NCBI GenBank assembly: GCA_045534955.1
Contig: JAZSKR010000020.1
Location: 466,013-530,012 of the forward strand
From: Bacteroidaceae bacterium
GTDB taxonomy: Bacteria; Bacteroidota; Bacteroidia; Bacteroidales; Bacteroidaceae
Direction of reading: 5' to 3'
DNA length: 64,000 nt
The notes under the pieces were generated by a model that was not told where the DNA came from, did not search any database, and saw only the letters and a list, made by a program, of their open reading frames with translations. Positions 9,508-18,424 of this stretch are shown one piece after another. Position numbers and translations under genes: made by a program. How positions within the stretch are numbered: the first letter of the stretch is position 1; every line of letters starts with the position of its first letter.

Positions 9508-10380
9508 TTAGACGTAATGGAGTTCACCCGATTTCATACGCAGGAAACGGTTTACGGAGTGCAGGGCACAAACACCTGTAATGAGCAGTCCGATAAATGT
9601 TACCACGGCAAATACGGGGATTATGATTCTGGGTTCGGCCAGCATAATAAGCCAGGGCTCATATTTGAGGCCAATCTTGAGACCGTACCAGATGATGATG
9701 CATGTAAGTACGGCCGATGCAAATCCAATCCACAGGTTACGGCTGATGAACGGTTTGCGAATAAATGACCATTTGGCTCCCACCAGTTTCATGGAGTAAA
9801 GCACAAAACGCTGAGCGTAGATGGTGAGTTTGATGGTGTTGTTTATCAGTGTGAATGATACCAGCGACAGTATCATTGCAAGCACCAGCAGCAGACCGGC
9901 AACCTTGCGGATATTGCTGTTGATGATATCCAGCAGGTCTTTCTGCCATGTCACCTCGCGCACTCCCTCATAAGAGGCAATCTTCTTTTCTATCACCTTA
10001 AGGCTGTCATTGCAGGCATAATCGGCCTCCAGACGGATGTTGAGTGATGCGTAGAAGGGGTTGTACTCCAGGAACTGTGAGGGATCGGTGCCCATGGCTT
10101 TGGTCATGTCCCTGAGTGCGTCGTCCTTTGATATGTACTGGCAGACAGCGCAATAGGGCGATGCCTCGATGCTGCGGCGTAGTGCCGAGAATTGGGCATC
10201 GGTTATGCTCTCCTTGAGTATGACCTCTACCGTCATCTCCTGTTTGAGATGGCGTGACAGGTCACTCGCGGTAAGTAACAGCAGCGCTACTATTCCTATG
10301 AGCAGCAATACCAGAGACGTGCTGATGCAAGCCGTAATGAACAGCAGGTCTATCTTTCTCTTTTTCTTTTGCTTAGTCAT
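9508..10380 (-). CDS. ftsX: Cell-division FtsX-like permease
   Basis: Four-TM FtsX topology with a large periplasmic loop. I prefer the ATG at 10380 (MTKQKKKRK...) over the upstream start at 10413, giving an 8-nt ATGACTAA overlap with the upstream gene. Confidence 0.75.
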   Translation of the reverse strand: MTKQKKKRKIDLLFITACISTSLVLLLIGIVALLLLTASDLSRHLKQEMTVEVILKESITDAQFSALRRSIEASPYCAVCQYISKDDALRDMTKAMGTDPSQFLEYNPFYASLNIRLEADYACNDSLKVIEKKIASYEGVREVTWQKDLLDIINSNIRKVAGLLLVLAMILSLVSFTLINNTIKLTIYAQRFVLYSMKLVGAKWSFIRKPFISRNLWIGFASAVLTCIIIWYGLKIGLKYEPWLIMLAEPRIIIPVFAVVTFIGLLITGVCALHSVNRFLRMKSGELHYV

Positions 10381-11290
10381 TGTATTCCGTATCTTGTCTT
10401 TTTCTGAAAACATAAACCAGCGAACTGCTCCGGCTCCGTTTGGTAAGTGAGATTCTCCATGACTGGAATCCTTTAATCATACCGCGGATGAACGCCATCC
10501 TGTGTCTGAGTTGCTTCTCTGACAGTATTGATATGTAGAAACTGTCAAAAGGCATTTTCTCATGATGCATCAGGGTAAAACCGTGCATGTGTGCCAAGGC
10601 GCTGATTGAATTGGGGCTGAAATGCCACAGATGCCTTGGTACATCGTATGCGGCCCAATACGGTCCGTAATACATGGCATCGGTCGAACAGATGTTTGGG
10701 CAGGCCATCACTAGAATGCCTCCGGGACGGAGCAACTCGTAGAATCTGTCCAACAGTTGGTTGGGATTGTGGCAGTGCTCAAATACATGCCACATCGTGA
10801 TTACATCAAATGTACCGGCATGCAGTGCATCCATCTCGGGCACATCGATCATACGGTGATGGAACATCTCAAGCGAGAACAGCCTCTCTTCATGATATTT
10901 CTCGACCGATGTCACTTTCCATCCGCGTTTTTCCATCCTGTGGGAGAAAAATCCAGTCTTGGCGCCGTAGTTGAGCAGCGAACCTCCTGTGCGGTATGCC
11001 TGAGACTCGACAATCCTGACCTTCTTGCGGAGCATACGGTTACGCACATGATAGTAAAGACGGCCGATAAGTCCGGAAGGGGAGTCGCCCAGTTTGAGTT
11101 TCAGGTTGACCTTGTCATATCGCCCCATCTCCTCTTCCGATGGGGGATCCAGCGTGTAGACAACACCGCATGACGGGCAACGCATAAGAGTGTATGACTC
11201 TTTGCTTACCGTAAAGTCGGTGCAGTTTGCATAGGGAATCTGTCCTGATGCTCCGCAAATGGGACAAGGCTTGAAGTCCTGATAAATCAT
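10373..11290 (-). CDS. Class I SAM-dependent methyltransferase with N-terminal Zn-ribbon
   Basis: 305 aa. CPICG...CPSCG zinc-ribbon pairs, then an LLNYGAKTG-type motif I and the FDVITMWHVFEH / GGILVMACPN motifs. Confidence 0.75.
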   Translation of the reverse strand: MIYQDFKPCPICGASGQIPYANCTDFTVSKESYTLMRCPSCGVVYTLDPPSEEEMGRYDKVNLKLKLGDSPSGLIGRLYYHVRNRMLRKKVRIVESQAYRTGGSLLNYGAKTGFFSHRMEKRGWKVTSVEKYHEERLFSLEMFHHRMIDVPEMDALHAGTFDVITMWHVFEHCHNPNQLLDRFYELLRPGGILVMACPNICSTDAMYYGPYWAAYDVPRHLWHFSPNSISALAHMHGFTLMHHEKMPFDSFYISILSEKQLRHRMAFIRGMIKGFQSWRISLTKRSRSSSLVYVFRKRQDTEYND

Positions 11291-11398
11291 CTCTCGTGTA
11301 CACGCGCCTTGCGCGGGTAGCGCGCAAAAGGTGACCGCAAAGATAATACCCCGGGATAGGGGTTGTCAAGTGTTTTAAGGTTTTTTTGCTTCCTTTTT

Positions 11399-11562
11399 GG
11401 CCATACTTGTTACCACAAGCATTGTAGCCCATATTCTCTGCAAGTATGGCAGCAAAAACCCAGTTTTTGGGCATTTTTGCTGCCATACTTGCAAAAATCC
11501 GCCATTTAAAGGCAATTTTACGCAGGTACGGCCATTTTTAAGAATACGCTGTACCTGCGTAA
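11399..11562 (+). repeat. Structured intergenic repeat, copy A (REP/REPIN-like)
   Basis: 10-mers GCCATACTTG (11400), CAAGTATGGC (11441), GCCATACTTG (11482) and CAGGTACGGC (11523) lie exactly 41 bp apart in alternating orientation. There is also a perfect 12-bp inverted repeat, TTACGCAGGTAC 11518-11529 / GTACCTGCGTAA 11551-11562. Confidence 0.85.
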
Positions 11563-11584
11563 CTGATTTGTCAGCAATTATCCA

Positions 11585-11592
11585 TATATTTG
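11585..11592 (+). promoter_or_regulatory. Bacteroidota -7 box (TAnnTTTG) upstream of the helicase gene
   Basis: TATATTTG lies 28 nt upstream of the ATG at 11620. Confidence 0.4.
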
Positions 11593-11619
11593 CCAGACAA
11601 GAAACCTGATTGCTATACT

Positions 11620-13773
11620 ATGAAAAAAGATCATCTCTTTGAATTGGCCGAAAATTACATTTCCCAGACGGGAATATCGGTCTTTCTGACCGGCCGTGCA
11701 GGAACCGGAAAAACAACCTTCCTCAAGTACATTGTTGAGAATACGCCCAAGCGCTGCGTAGTGCTTGCGCCGACAGGTGTGGCTGCAATCAACGCGGGCG
11801 GCGTTACGATTCATTCTTTTTTCCAGTTGCCGCTGTGCCCATATCTGCCCGATGTTGAGGAACTGGTCACTGAGTACCAGTTGCCCGAGGCAAGGCGACA
11901 GTTGCGCAAGGAAAAAGTCAAGATTATCAAGACGCTGGACCTGCTAATCATCGATGAAATATCGATGGTAAGGGCCGATCTGCTTGATGCGGTTGACTCC
12001 GTAATGCGCCGATATCGGCACAACAACAAACCATTTGGCGGGGTGCAGCTTCTCATGATAGGCGATGCTCACCAGCTCCCGCCCGTAGTCACCGAGCAGG
12101 ATGAGCCCTGGCTCAAGAAGGTCTACCAGTCACCTTTCTTCTTCCACTCCAAGGTGATGCGGCAACTCAAATACGTTACAATAGAGTTGCAAACGGTTTA
12201 CCGTCAATCAGATACATCGTTCCTGGACATACTGAACAGCATCCGTGGAGGAGTGATGGACAACGCTACCTACCGAATGCTCAACAGCCGTCTGGACCCG
12301 CGTTTCAATCCCGATGATACCGCTGCACCCTCCGGAGGCCGATGGATCCGCCTGACCACCCACAACCGCCAGGCAGACAGCATCAACCAGGAGAAAATGG
12401 AGGCTCTGAAGACCCGGATGTACACATTCTACGCTGAGGTTGAGGGCAATTTCCCGGAAAACACCCTCCCGGCTGAAAAGGTGCTACAACTCAAGGAAGG
12501 CGCACAGGTAATGTTCCTGCGCAACGACTCCCGCGAGGGCCGGTACTACAACGGAAAGATTGCCACCGTAACCTCCATAGACTATGATGACGGCATCATA
12601 GTGACCGATGAAAACGGCGATGAAATCAATGTTCCTATTGAAAAATGGGAGAACATCCAGTACGAGATAGACAAAGATACCAAGGAGATTGTGCCCAAGG
12701 TAGAAGGTACTTTCTCCCAGTACCCGCTGCGGGCCGCCTGGGCAGTCACCATTCATAAGAGCCAGGGCCTTACTTTTGACCGTGTGATCATTGATGCGGC
12801 ATCGGCCTTCAGTTTCGGTCAGGTCTATGTGGCACTGTCACGATGCCGCACACTTGAAGGCATAGTTCTGAGCAGTCCCATATCACAGTCGTGCCTGTTC
12901 AACAACAGCGATGTATCCGGATTCCATGAGCAGTTCCTGCCGGTATCCGAAATGGAAAGGCAACTGGAAGCATCGCGGACGGAGTATTTCATGAGCATTC
13001 TCAAAGAGTGTTTTACATTCACTGAACTTGAAAGACTTACCGGTTGGGCCGGCGGAATATTCAACAACCATCTCAAGAATACCTATCCGGAGCAGACCGC
13101 CAGGATGGAGGAGAACCGTCGCAGAGTCAAAGATATTGAGAAAGTTGCCGAGACTTTCCGCCGTGAGTTGGACCGAATCGGCCTTACCGACAAGGCTCAT
13201 CTTGATGAGAGGGTTAGTAAAGCTGCCGGGTATTTCCTTCCCATTCTGATTGAGGCGGCATCGGACATTACCCCTGTTTTGTCCGTTTCCATCGACAATA
13301 AAGATGTAAAGAAATCTCTTACCGAGGCATCGGGCGAACTCCTGCCTGAACTCTCCATGCATCTGCAAAGTATGAGGGAGATACTTGAGAACGGTTTCAC
13401 AATCGAGTCATATCTCCGAATCAGGAACGATGCGCTGTTGACAACCGCGCCCAAGACATCGCTCAAGAAGGTGAAGGAACCCAAACCCGTAAAGGAGAAG
13501 GTTGTCAAAACCAAGCCCACCATCGAGGAAATCTACTCCGACAACCGCCACCCCGAACTCATCCAGCCCCTGATAGACTGGCGCACCGAGCAGTACATAT
13601 CCCAGAACATCCGCGCCTACTGGGTGCTCACCCAACGCACCCTTCTGGAAATAGCCGATACCTGCCCGTCAACCAAAGAGGAACTCCTGGAAGTAAACGG
13701 ATTCGGCCCCGCCAAATGGAAACAGTACGGTGAGGAGATTTTGGAACTGATAAGACTCAACCGTAAGGATTGA
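11620..13773 (+). CDS. Pif1/RecD-family SF1B DNA helicase with C-terminal HRDC-like domain
   Basis: Walker A GRAGTGKT, DEISM, GDAHQLPPV, TIHKSQGLTF and YVALSRCR motifs. The C-terminal WVLTQRTLLEIADTCPSTKEELLEVNGFGPAKWKQYG is HRDC-like. I prefer the ATG at 11620 (MKKDHLFEL) over the alternative start at 11590. Confidence 0.85.
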   Translation: MKKDHLFELAENYISQTGISVFLTGRAGTGKTTFLKYIVENTPKRCVVLAPTGVAAINAGGVTIHSFFQLPLCPYLPDVEELVTEYQLPEARRQLRKEKVKIIKTLDLLIIDEISMVRADLLDAVDSVMRRYRHNNKPFGGVQLLMIGDAHQLPPVVTEQDEPWLKKVYQSPFFFHSKVMRQLKYVTIELQTVYRQSDTSFLDILNSIRGGVMDNATYRMLNSRLDPRFNPDDTAAPSGGRWIRLTTHNRQADSINQEKMEALKTRMYTFYAEVEGNFPENTLPAEKVLQLKEGAQVMFLRNDSREGRYYNGKIATVTSIDYDDGIIVTDENGDEINVPIEKWENIQYEIDKDTKEIVPKVEGTFSQYPLRAAWAVTIHKSQGLTFDRVIIDAASAFSFGQVYVALSRCRTLEGIVLSSPISQSCLFNNSDVSGFHEQFLPVSEMERQLEASRTEYFMSILKECFTFTELERLTGWAGGIFNNHLKNTYPEQTARMEENRRRVKDIEKVAETFRRELDRIGLTDKAHLDERVSKAAGYFLPILIEAASDITPVLSVSIDNKDVKKSLTEASGELLPELSMHLQSMREILENGFTIESYLRIRNDALLTTAPKTSLKKVKEPKPVKEKVVKTKPTIEEIYSDNRHPELIQPLIDWRTEQYISQNIRAYWVLTQRTLLEIADTCPSTKEELLEVNGFGPAKWKQYGEEILELIRLNRKD

Positions 13774-13830
13774 AAGCAGTTTTGCTAATTCTTTCTTGTT
13801 TGTATTTAATTCTTAATACCTTTTCCTATC

Positions 13831-14967
13831 ATGAAAAAAATGATTCATTGTTGCTTTACCTCTCATCAGGAGGTGATGTTCCGCAGTCCGCAAGATGTGG
13901 GCTTCTTCCTTAACTTGCTTGCACTAACTTCATGGAAGTACGGGGTTGACATTTTTGCCGATACTGAAATGTCAAACCACGTTCATTTATTGCTGTTTTC
14001 ATCGGACAAAACCGAGAGCAGGCTATCCGTAGGCCCATATTCAAAGACCGTTACCAAGCCCGGTTTTGACAGGGACGGAAGCATTCTTTACTCAGAGTCA
14101 AACCAGTTGTCTGATTTTGTGAGCTCATTACGAAAGCGTTACACATGGTATTTCACCGAGAAATACCAGCGTGACTGCGGCGGAAGAATGGGCGAGAAAT
14201 ACTACTTCTCACTGATTATTGAGGGTAATTATCATATGATTTCGGCCTGCAGTTATGTACTCAGGAACGGCCTTCATCATGGAGTTTCAGGCACTTCATT
14301 CATGTATCCCTATTCATCCATCAATGATATGTTCATTCCCGAATTGGGAAAAACGGACCGCCCATACCAGGGAAACCGTAACCCCGATGAATACCGCAAA
14401 AACAGGTCCGGTCACTGGATAAAGACAATATCTTCCGGGAACAAATCCACCCATGGATTGGTCTTTCCCGACGGTTATGCTCCCATCACCAGCCGGAATG
14501 TAATGAAACTTTATCTGCCAAGGTATTCCGAATGGCCAGATGACTGGGTAATGTCACCTTCCGGGGTTTTCCTGAGACCTTGTTTCGAGCAGTTAAGGCA
14601 AACTGAACTGCTTTTTGTTTCGCCCGGAGCCTTTGAATACAATATGTTCCGCAAGACCGATGAAAAATGGCTTGAAGAGCAGGACCAGGACAGGAATGGC
14701 AAGCCCGCAATAGGCATCTCCGACATCGAGCCAATCCACAATGAAGATGCCGTCAAATCCTATATGTACAATGAAAAGGCCGCTACTTTCCGTAACTGTC
14801 GAAGCGACATAGATTTGTGCGGCATTATTGACCGATGCATACTCCCTGAATTCAAATCCCCATCCATATACCAGCTCAGCCGCGATAAAAGGGAATCCAT
14901 CAGAAAAATCCTGATTAACGATTTCCATGTGTCTGATAACCAAGCAGCCCGATGCCTGTGGTTGTAA
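13831..14967 (+). CDS. HUH/Y1 transposase-domain protein (IS200/RAYT-like), 378 aa
   Basis: MSNHVHLLLFS (HUH motif, H50-V-H52, nt 13978-13986) and SYVLRNGLHHGV (Tyr motif, Y142, nt 14254-14256) resemble the REP-associated tyrosine transposase signatures MPNHVHLL and Y-x2-x-NP-x2-x-G. The long C-terminal extension has no obvious function. Confidence 0.6.
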   Translation: MKKMIHCCFTSHQEVMFRSPQDVGFFLNLLALTSWKYGVDIFADTEMSNHVHLLLFSSDKTESRLSVGPYSKTVTKPGFDRDGSILYSESNQLSDFVSSLRKRYTWYFTEKYQRDCGGRMGEKYYFSLIIEGNYHMISACSYVLRNGLHHGVSGTSFMYPYSSINDMFIPELGKTDRPYQGNRNPDEYRKNRSGHWIKTISSGNKSTHGLVFPDGYAPITSRNVMKLYLPRYSEWPDDWVMSPSGVFLRPCFEQLRQTELLFVSPGAFEYNMFRKTDEKWLEEQDQDRNGKPAIGISDIEPIHNEDAVKSYMYNEKAATFRNCRSDIDLCGIIDRCILPEFKSPSIYQLSRDKRESIRKILINDFHVSDNQAARCLWL

Positions 14968-15140
14968 CGCAGGTGATTACGCAGGTGCCGCGTATTGTTA
15001 AAAATGGCCATACCTGAGTAAAAGGGCCTTTAAAGGGCGGTTTTTTACAAGTATGGCAGCAAAAACCTGGGTTTTGGCCATTTTTGGAGCCATACTTGCA
15101 GGGAATCGGGGCTACAACGCTTGTGTTGACAGGTATGGCC
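14964..15140 (-). repeat. Structured intergenic repeat, copy B (outer arms inverted relative to copy A)
   Basis: 10-mers at 15007 (GCCATACCTG), 15048, 15089 and 15130 are 41 bp apart. Tandem TAACGCAGGTG/TTACGCAGGTG at 14965-14987 starts on the stop codon of the Y1 gene. By eye it is about 80-85% identical to the reverse complement of copy A in the outer arms. Confidence 0.85.
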
Positions 15141-15217
15141 GCAAAATGGAGCAGGGGGTAGAAAAACAACGGTCCGCAACCGGAAGCTGCGGACCGTTGA
15201 TAGTACATAGGGCCGGA

Positions 15218-16699
15218 TTAGAACTCAGCCAGGTGCATATCACCCTTCTCGGCCAGGGCCTTGTGCAGAGCAAAGGCCTTGTCAAGTGCGTGGCTGGTCT
15301 GACCCTTCTGGGCAATCTTGAGGTAATCCCACATGAGCTGCTTGTAGTCGGGGTGCACGCAGTTCTCGATGATGCACTTGGCGCGCTGGGCGGGCGACTT
15401 GCCGCGAAGGTCGGCTATACCCTGCTCGGTGATGAGAACCTTGACGCTGTGCTCGTTGTGATCAACGTGTGTGCACATGGGGACTATGGCGCTTATCTTG
15501 CCTCCCTTGGCTACTGACGGGCAGCTGAATATGGAGATGAATGCGTTGCGGGTGAAATCGGCCGATCCGCCCACACCGTTCATCATCTTGACGCCGCTTA
15601 CGTGGGTTGAGTTGACGTTGCCGTAGATATCGGCTTCAAGCGCAGTGTTCATTGCGATAAGTCCCAGACGGCGGGCAACCTCGGGGCTGTTGGAGATCTC
15701 GGTGGGACGGAGCACCAGCTTGTCCTTGAAGAAATCCATATCATCATAGATGCCCTGCAGGGTCTCGTTGCTTACGCTCAGTGACGAACTGGAGCCGAAC
15801 TTGCAGTGACCCTCACGCATCAGGTTGATGACCGAATCCTGGATAACCTCGGTGTACATCTGGAATGCGGGAACTGACGGATCCTCGCCCAGAGCACCCA
15901 GAACGGCGTTTGCAACATTACCTACACCGCTCTGCAGAGGCAGGAAGGTAGAAGGAATGATGCCGCGCTTAAGGTCAGATATAAGGAACTGGGCTACGTT
16001 GTGACCAATCTGGAGAGTGGTCTCATCGGGGGCGGTAAAGCCGCGGGCCTCGTCGGGGATATTTACCTCAACGATACCGATTATCTTGGCGGGATCAACC
16101 TGGATGTAGTCCTTACCTATATGGTCGCTGGGCTGATAAACGGGAATCTCGCGGCGGTAAGGGGGATCGGCGGGCTCGTAGATATCGTGCAGACCCTTGG
16201 CGCAACGGGCGTGGGCTGCATTGACCTCAATAATGAGCTTCTCTGCCAGACGGGCTACTGTGGGGGCGATACCGACACCTGCGGTAACCCAGATCTTACC
16301 GTCATCAGTTACATCAAAGGCTTCCATTATGCCGATGTTGAGCTTGCCGTAGAATCCGTAACGGAGTTCCTGTGCCATGTGGCTCAGGTTGATATCGTTG
16401 TAAGCGATTTCACCGTTGTTTACTGCGGTACGGAAATCCTTGTTGGTGGTGTAGGGAGCGCGGTACTTGAGAGCGTGCTCACGTGCCAGGATACCGTCGC
16501 ATGAATCGCCGGTTGAAGCACCTGTGAACAGGCTGATCTGAAACTCCTGACCCTGCTCGTGGAGCTCGTGGGCCATTAAACCGATCTCGTGTGTTACGGC
16601 CTTGGGGGTACCTGCAGGTGTGAATCCGCTAAGACCTACGTTGTCACCGTTCTTGACATAGTGCGCTGCCTCGGCAGCAGTCATTTTCTTGAAAGCCAT
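15218..16699 (-). CDS. Acetyl-CoA hydrolase/transferase family protein (succinate/propionate CoA-transferase type)
   Basis: About 493 aa from the ATG at 16699 (MAFKKMTAAEAAHYVKNGDNVGLSGFTPAGTPKA). Typical Cat1/ScpC-family N-terminus and the GGSADF motif. Confidence 0.85.
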   Translation of the reverse strand: MAFKKMTAAEAAHYVKNGDNVGLSGFTPAGTPKAVTHEIGLMAHELHEQGQEFQISLFTGASTGDSCDGILAREHALKYRAPYTTNKDFRTAVNNGEIAYNDINLSHMAQELRYGFYGKLNIGIMEAFDVTDDGKIWVTAGVGIAPTVARLAEKLIIEVNAAHARCAKGLHDIYEPADPPYRREIPVYQPSDHIGKDYIQVDPAKIIGIVEVNIPDEARGFTAPDETTLQIGHNVAQFLISDLKRGIIPSTFLPLQSGVGNVANAVLGALGEDPSVPAFQMYTEVIQDSVINLMREGHCKFGSSSSLSVSNETLQGIYDDMDFFKDKLVLRPTEISNSPEVARRLGLIAMNTALEADIYGNVNSTHVSGVKMMNGVGGSADFTRNAFISIFSCPSVAKGGKISAIVPMCTHVDHNEHSVKVLITEQGIADLRGKSPAQRAKCIIENCVHPDYKQLMWDYLKIAQKGQTSHALDKAFALHKALAEKGDMHLAEF

Positions 16700-16746
16700 T
16701 TTTGTATCTTTATTTACTTGTTTGACTTCTTTGGTATAAAGTTGCG

Positions 16747-16754
16747 CAAAATTA
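16747..16754 (-). promoter_or_regulatory. -7 box (TAATTTTG on the minus strand) for the CoA-transferase gene
   Basis: The reverse complement of CAAAATTA matches TAnnTTTG, about 48 nt upstream of the ATG at 16699. Confidence 0.35.
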
Positions 16755-16778
16755 ACCAATACCTAATATAAAAACAAG

Positions 16779-16786
16779 TAAATTTG
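16779..16786 (+). promoter_or_regulatory. -7 box (TAAATTTG) for miaB
   Basis: Matches TAnnTTTG, 22 nt upstream of the ATG at 16808. Confidence 0.4.
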
Positions 16787-16807
16787 CGGCCGAAAAGAAA
16801 AAGGGAT

Positions 16808-18139
16808 ATGGAAGAAAGCACAAAGAAACTTTTCATCGAAACCTACGGCTGCCAGATGAACGTGGCCGACAGCGAGGTAATTGCGTCAATCATGCGTATG
16901 GCGGGTTACGAATCCACTGAAAGCATAGATGAGGCCGATGCCATATTCCTTAACACCTGCTCCATCCGTGAGAACGCCGAGCAGAAGATCTGGAACCGCC
17001 TGGAGGCTCTGAACGCCATCAAGAAGAAAAAAAAGAATCTTTACATCGGCGTAATGGGATGCATGGCCGAGCGCACCAAGGAGGACCTGACCGAGAACCA
17101 TCATGTAGACGTAGTCTGCGGTCCCGATTCCTACCTTTCACTTCCGGACCTGATGGCCCAGGTGGAGTCCGGAAACAAGGCGATGGATGTGGAACTCTCC
17201 ACAACCGAAACATACCGCGACATCATACCCGAGCGCATTTGCGGCAACCACATAAGCGGATTCGTGTCAATCATGCGCGGCTGCAATAATTTCTGTCACT
17301 ACTGCATTGTTCCCTACACCCGCGGGCGTGAGCGCAGCCGTGACCCGCAGAGCATCCTGAATGAGGTTCTGGACCTTCAGAAAAAAGGTTACAAAGAGGT
17401 CACCCTTCTGGGACAGAACGTAAACTCCTACAAATTTGAAAACGGTCAGTCCACCGTCGGATTCCCTGAACTCCTGCGTATGGTTGCAGAGGCCGTTCCG
17501 GACATGAGGGTAAGGTTCACCACATCACATCCCAAGGACATGAGCGACGAGACCCTGCATGTAATTGCAGAGGTTCCCAACATATGCCGTCACATACATC
17601 TGCCGGTTCAGAGCGGCAGTAGCCGCATACTCAAACTGATGAACCGCAAATACACCCGTGAGTGGTATTTGGAGCGCGTAGATTCAATTAAGCGTATCAT
17701 CCCCGACTGCGGTCTTACCACCGATATGTTCACCGGTTACCATTCAGAAACCGAGGAGGATCATCAGGAGAGCCTCTCACTGATGCGCGAGTGCCGTTTT
17801 GACGCCTCATTCATGTTCCGCTACTCGGAGCGTCCCGGCACATACGCCAGCAAGCATCTGCCTGACAATGTTCCCGAGGAGGTAAAGATACGCCGCCTTA
17901 ACGAGATGATAGAACTCCAGAACCAGCTCTCGCTGGAGCGCAACCGCGAGTGCATCGGCCATGAATATGAAGTTCTGGCCGAAGGTTATTCCAAACGCTC
18001 CCGCCAGCAACTGTACGGCCGAACCGAGCAGAACCGCACCGTTGTATTCGACAAAGGAACCCACCGTCCGGGCGATTTCCTCAAAGTCCGCATCACCGAC
18101 GCCACCTCCGCCACCCTCTTTGGCACAGAGATTCTTTAA
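16808..18139 (+). CDS. miaB: tRNA (N6-isopentenyl-adenosine37-C2)-methylthiotransferase
   Basis: FIETYGCQMN N-terminus, radical-SAM CNNFCHYC motif and a C-terminal TRAM-like domain. I prefer the ATG at 16808 to the TTG at 16784. Confidence 0.9.
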   Translation: MEESTKKLFIETYGCQMNVADSEVIASIMRMAGYESTESIDEADAIFLNTCSIRENAEQKIWNRLEALNAIKKKKKNLYIGVMGCMAERTKEDLTENHHVDVVCGPDSYLSLPDLMAQVESGNKAMDVELSTTETYRDIIPERICGNHISGFVSIMRGCNNFCHYCIVPYTRGRERSRDPQSILNEVLDLQKKGYKEVTLLGQNVNSYKFENGQSTVGFPELLRMVAEAVPDMRVRFTTSHPKDMSDETLHVIAEVPNICRHIHLPVQSGSSRILKLMNRKYTREWYLERVDSIKRIIPDCGLTTDMFTGYHSETEEDHQESLSLMRECRFDASFMFRYSERPGTYASKHLPDNVPEEVKIRRLNEMIELQNQLSLERNRECIGHEYEVLAEGYSKRSRQQLYGRTEQNRTVVFDKGTHRPGDFLKVRITDATSATLFGTEIL

Positions 18140-18276
18140 AATGGCCATACCTGCGTAAAAGAGCCTTAAAAAGGCGGTTTTCTGCAAGTATGGCAGCAAA
18201 AACCCGGGTTTTGGCCATTTTTGGAGCCATACTTGCAGGGAATCGGGGCTACAACGCTTGCGGTGACAAGTATGGC
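18138..18276 (-). repeat. Structured intergenic repeat, copy C
   Basis: 10-mers at 18144, 18185, 18226 and 18267 are 41 bp apart. It is near-identical in layout to copy B and starts within the miaB stop codon. Confidence 0.85.
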
Positions 18277-18361
18277 AATCAATTAGGTACGCACGTGCGT
18301 AGAACATACGCAGAACAGAGTTAAAATACGTTAATTCTGTTGTCGGTAAAAAATTGCGCCT

Positions 18362-18369
18362 TATATTTG
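18362..18369 (+). promoter_or_regulatory. -7 box (TATATTTG) for the ABC/GntR operon
   Basis: Matches TAnnTTTG, 56 nt upstream of the ATG at 18425. Confidence 0.4.
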
Positions 18370-18424
18370 CAGTGTCTTAGTGAAGTAATACACCGATAAA
18401 CAAACAACAACAAACAATACAACA

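Noticed and set aside
11115-11486. ORFs running through the repeat copies that encode similar peptides (11115..11486, 11397..11609, 14915..15208, 15053..15517, 35022..35387, 35170..35412), for example ...CKYGSKN..FCCHTCK.PPFKG.FTQV.PFL.IR.TC and MAAK...ILA.N.GYNAC..KYG
   Set aside because: The peptide similarity is just a translation of the DNA repeat. The frames differ between copies, extend into neighbouring real genes, and lack starts with a promoter context. The conservation is at the DNA-structure level (palindromes, 41-bp phasing), not the protein level.
11620-14967. Helicase + HUH nuclease as a bona fide Helitron-like rolling-circle transposon or a defence system
   Set aside because: The two activities are in separate genes and the nuclease is Y1 rather than Y2. 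The helicase carries an HRDC tail typical of chromosomal Pif1/RecQ-like repair helicases. I see no terminal Helitron-type signals. I retained it only as a speculative alternative inside the RAYT/REPIN finding.
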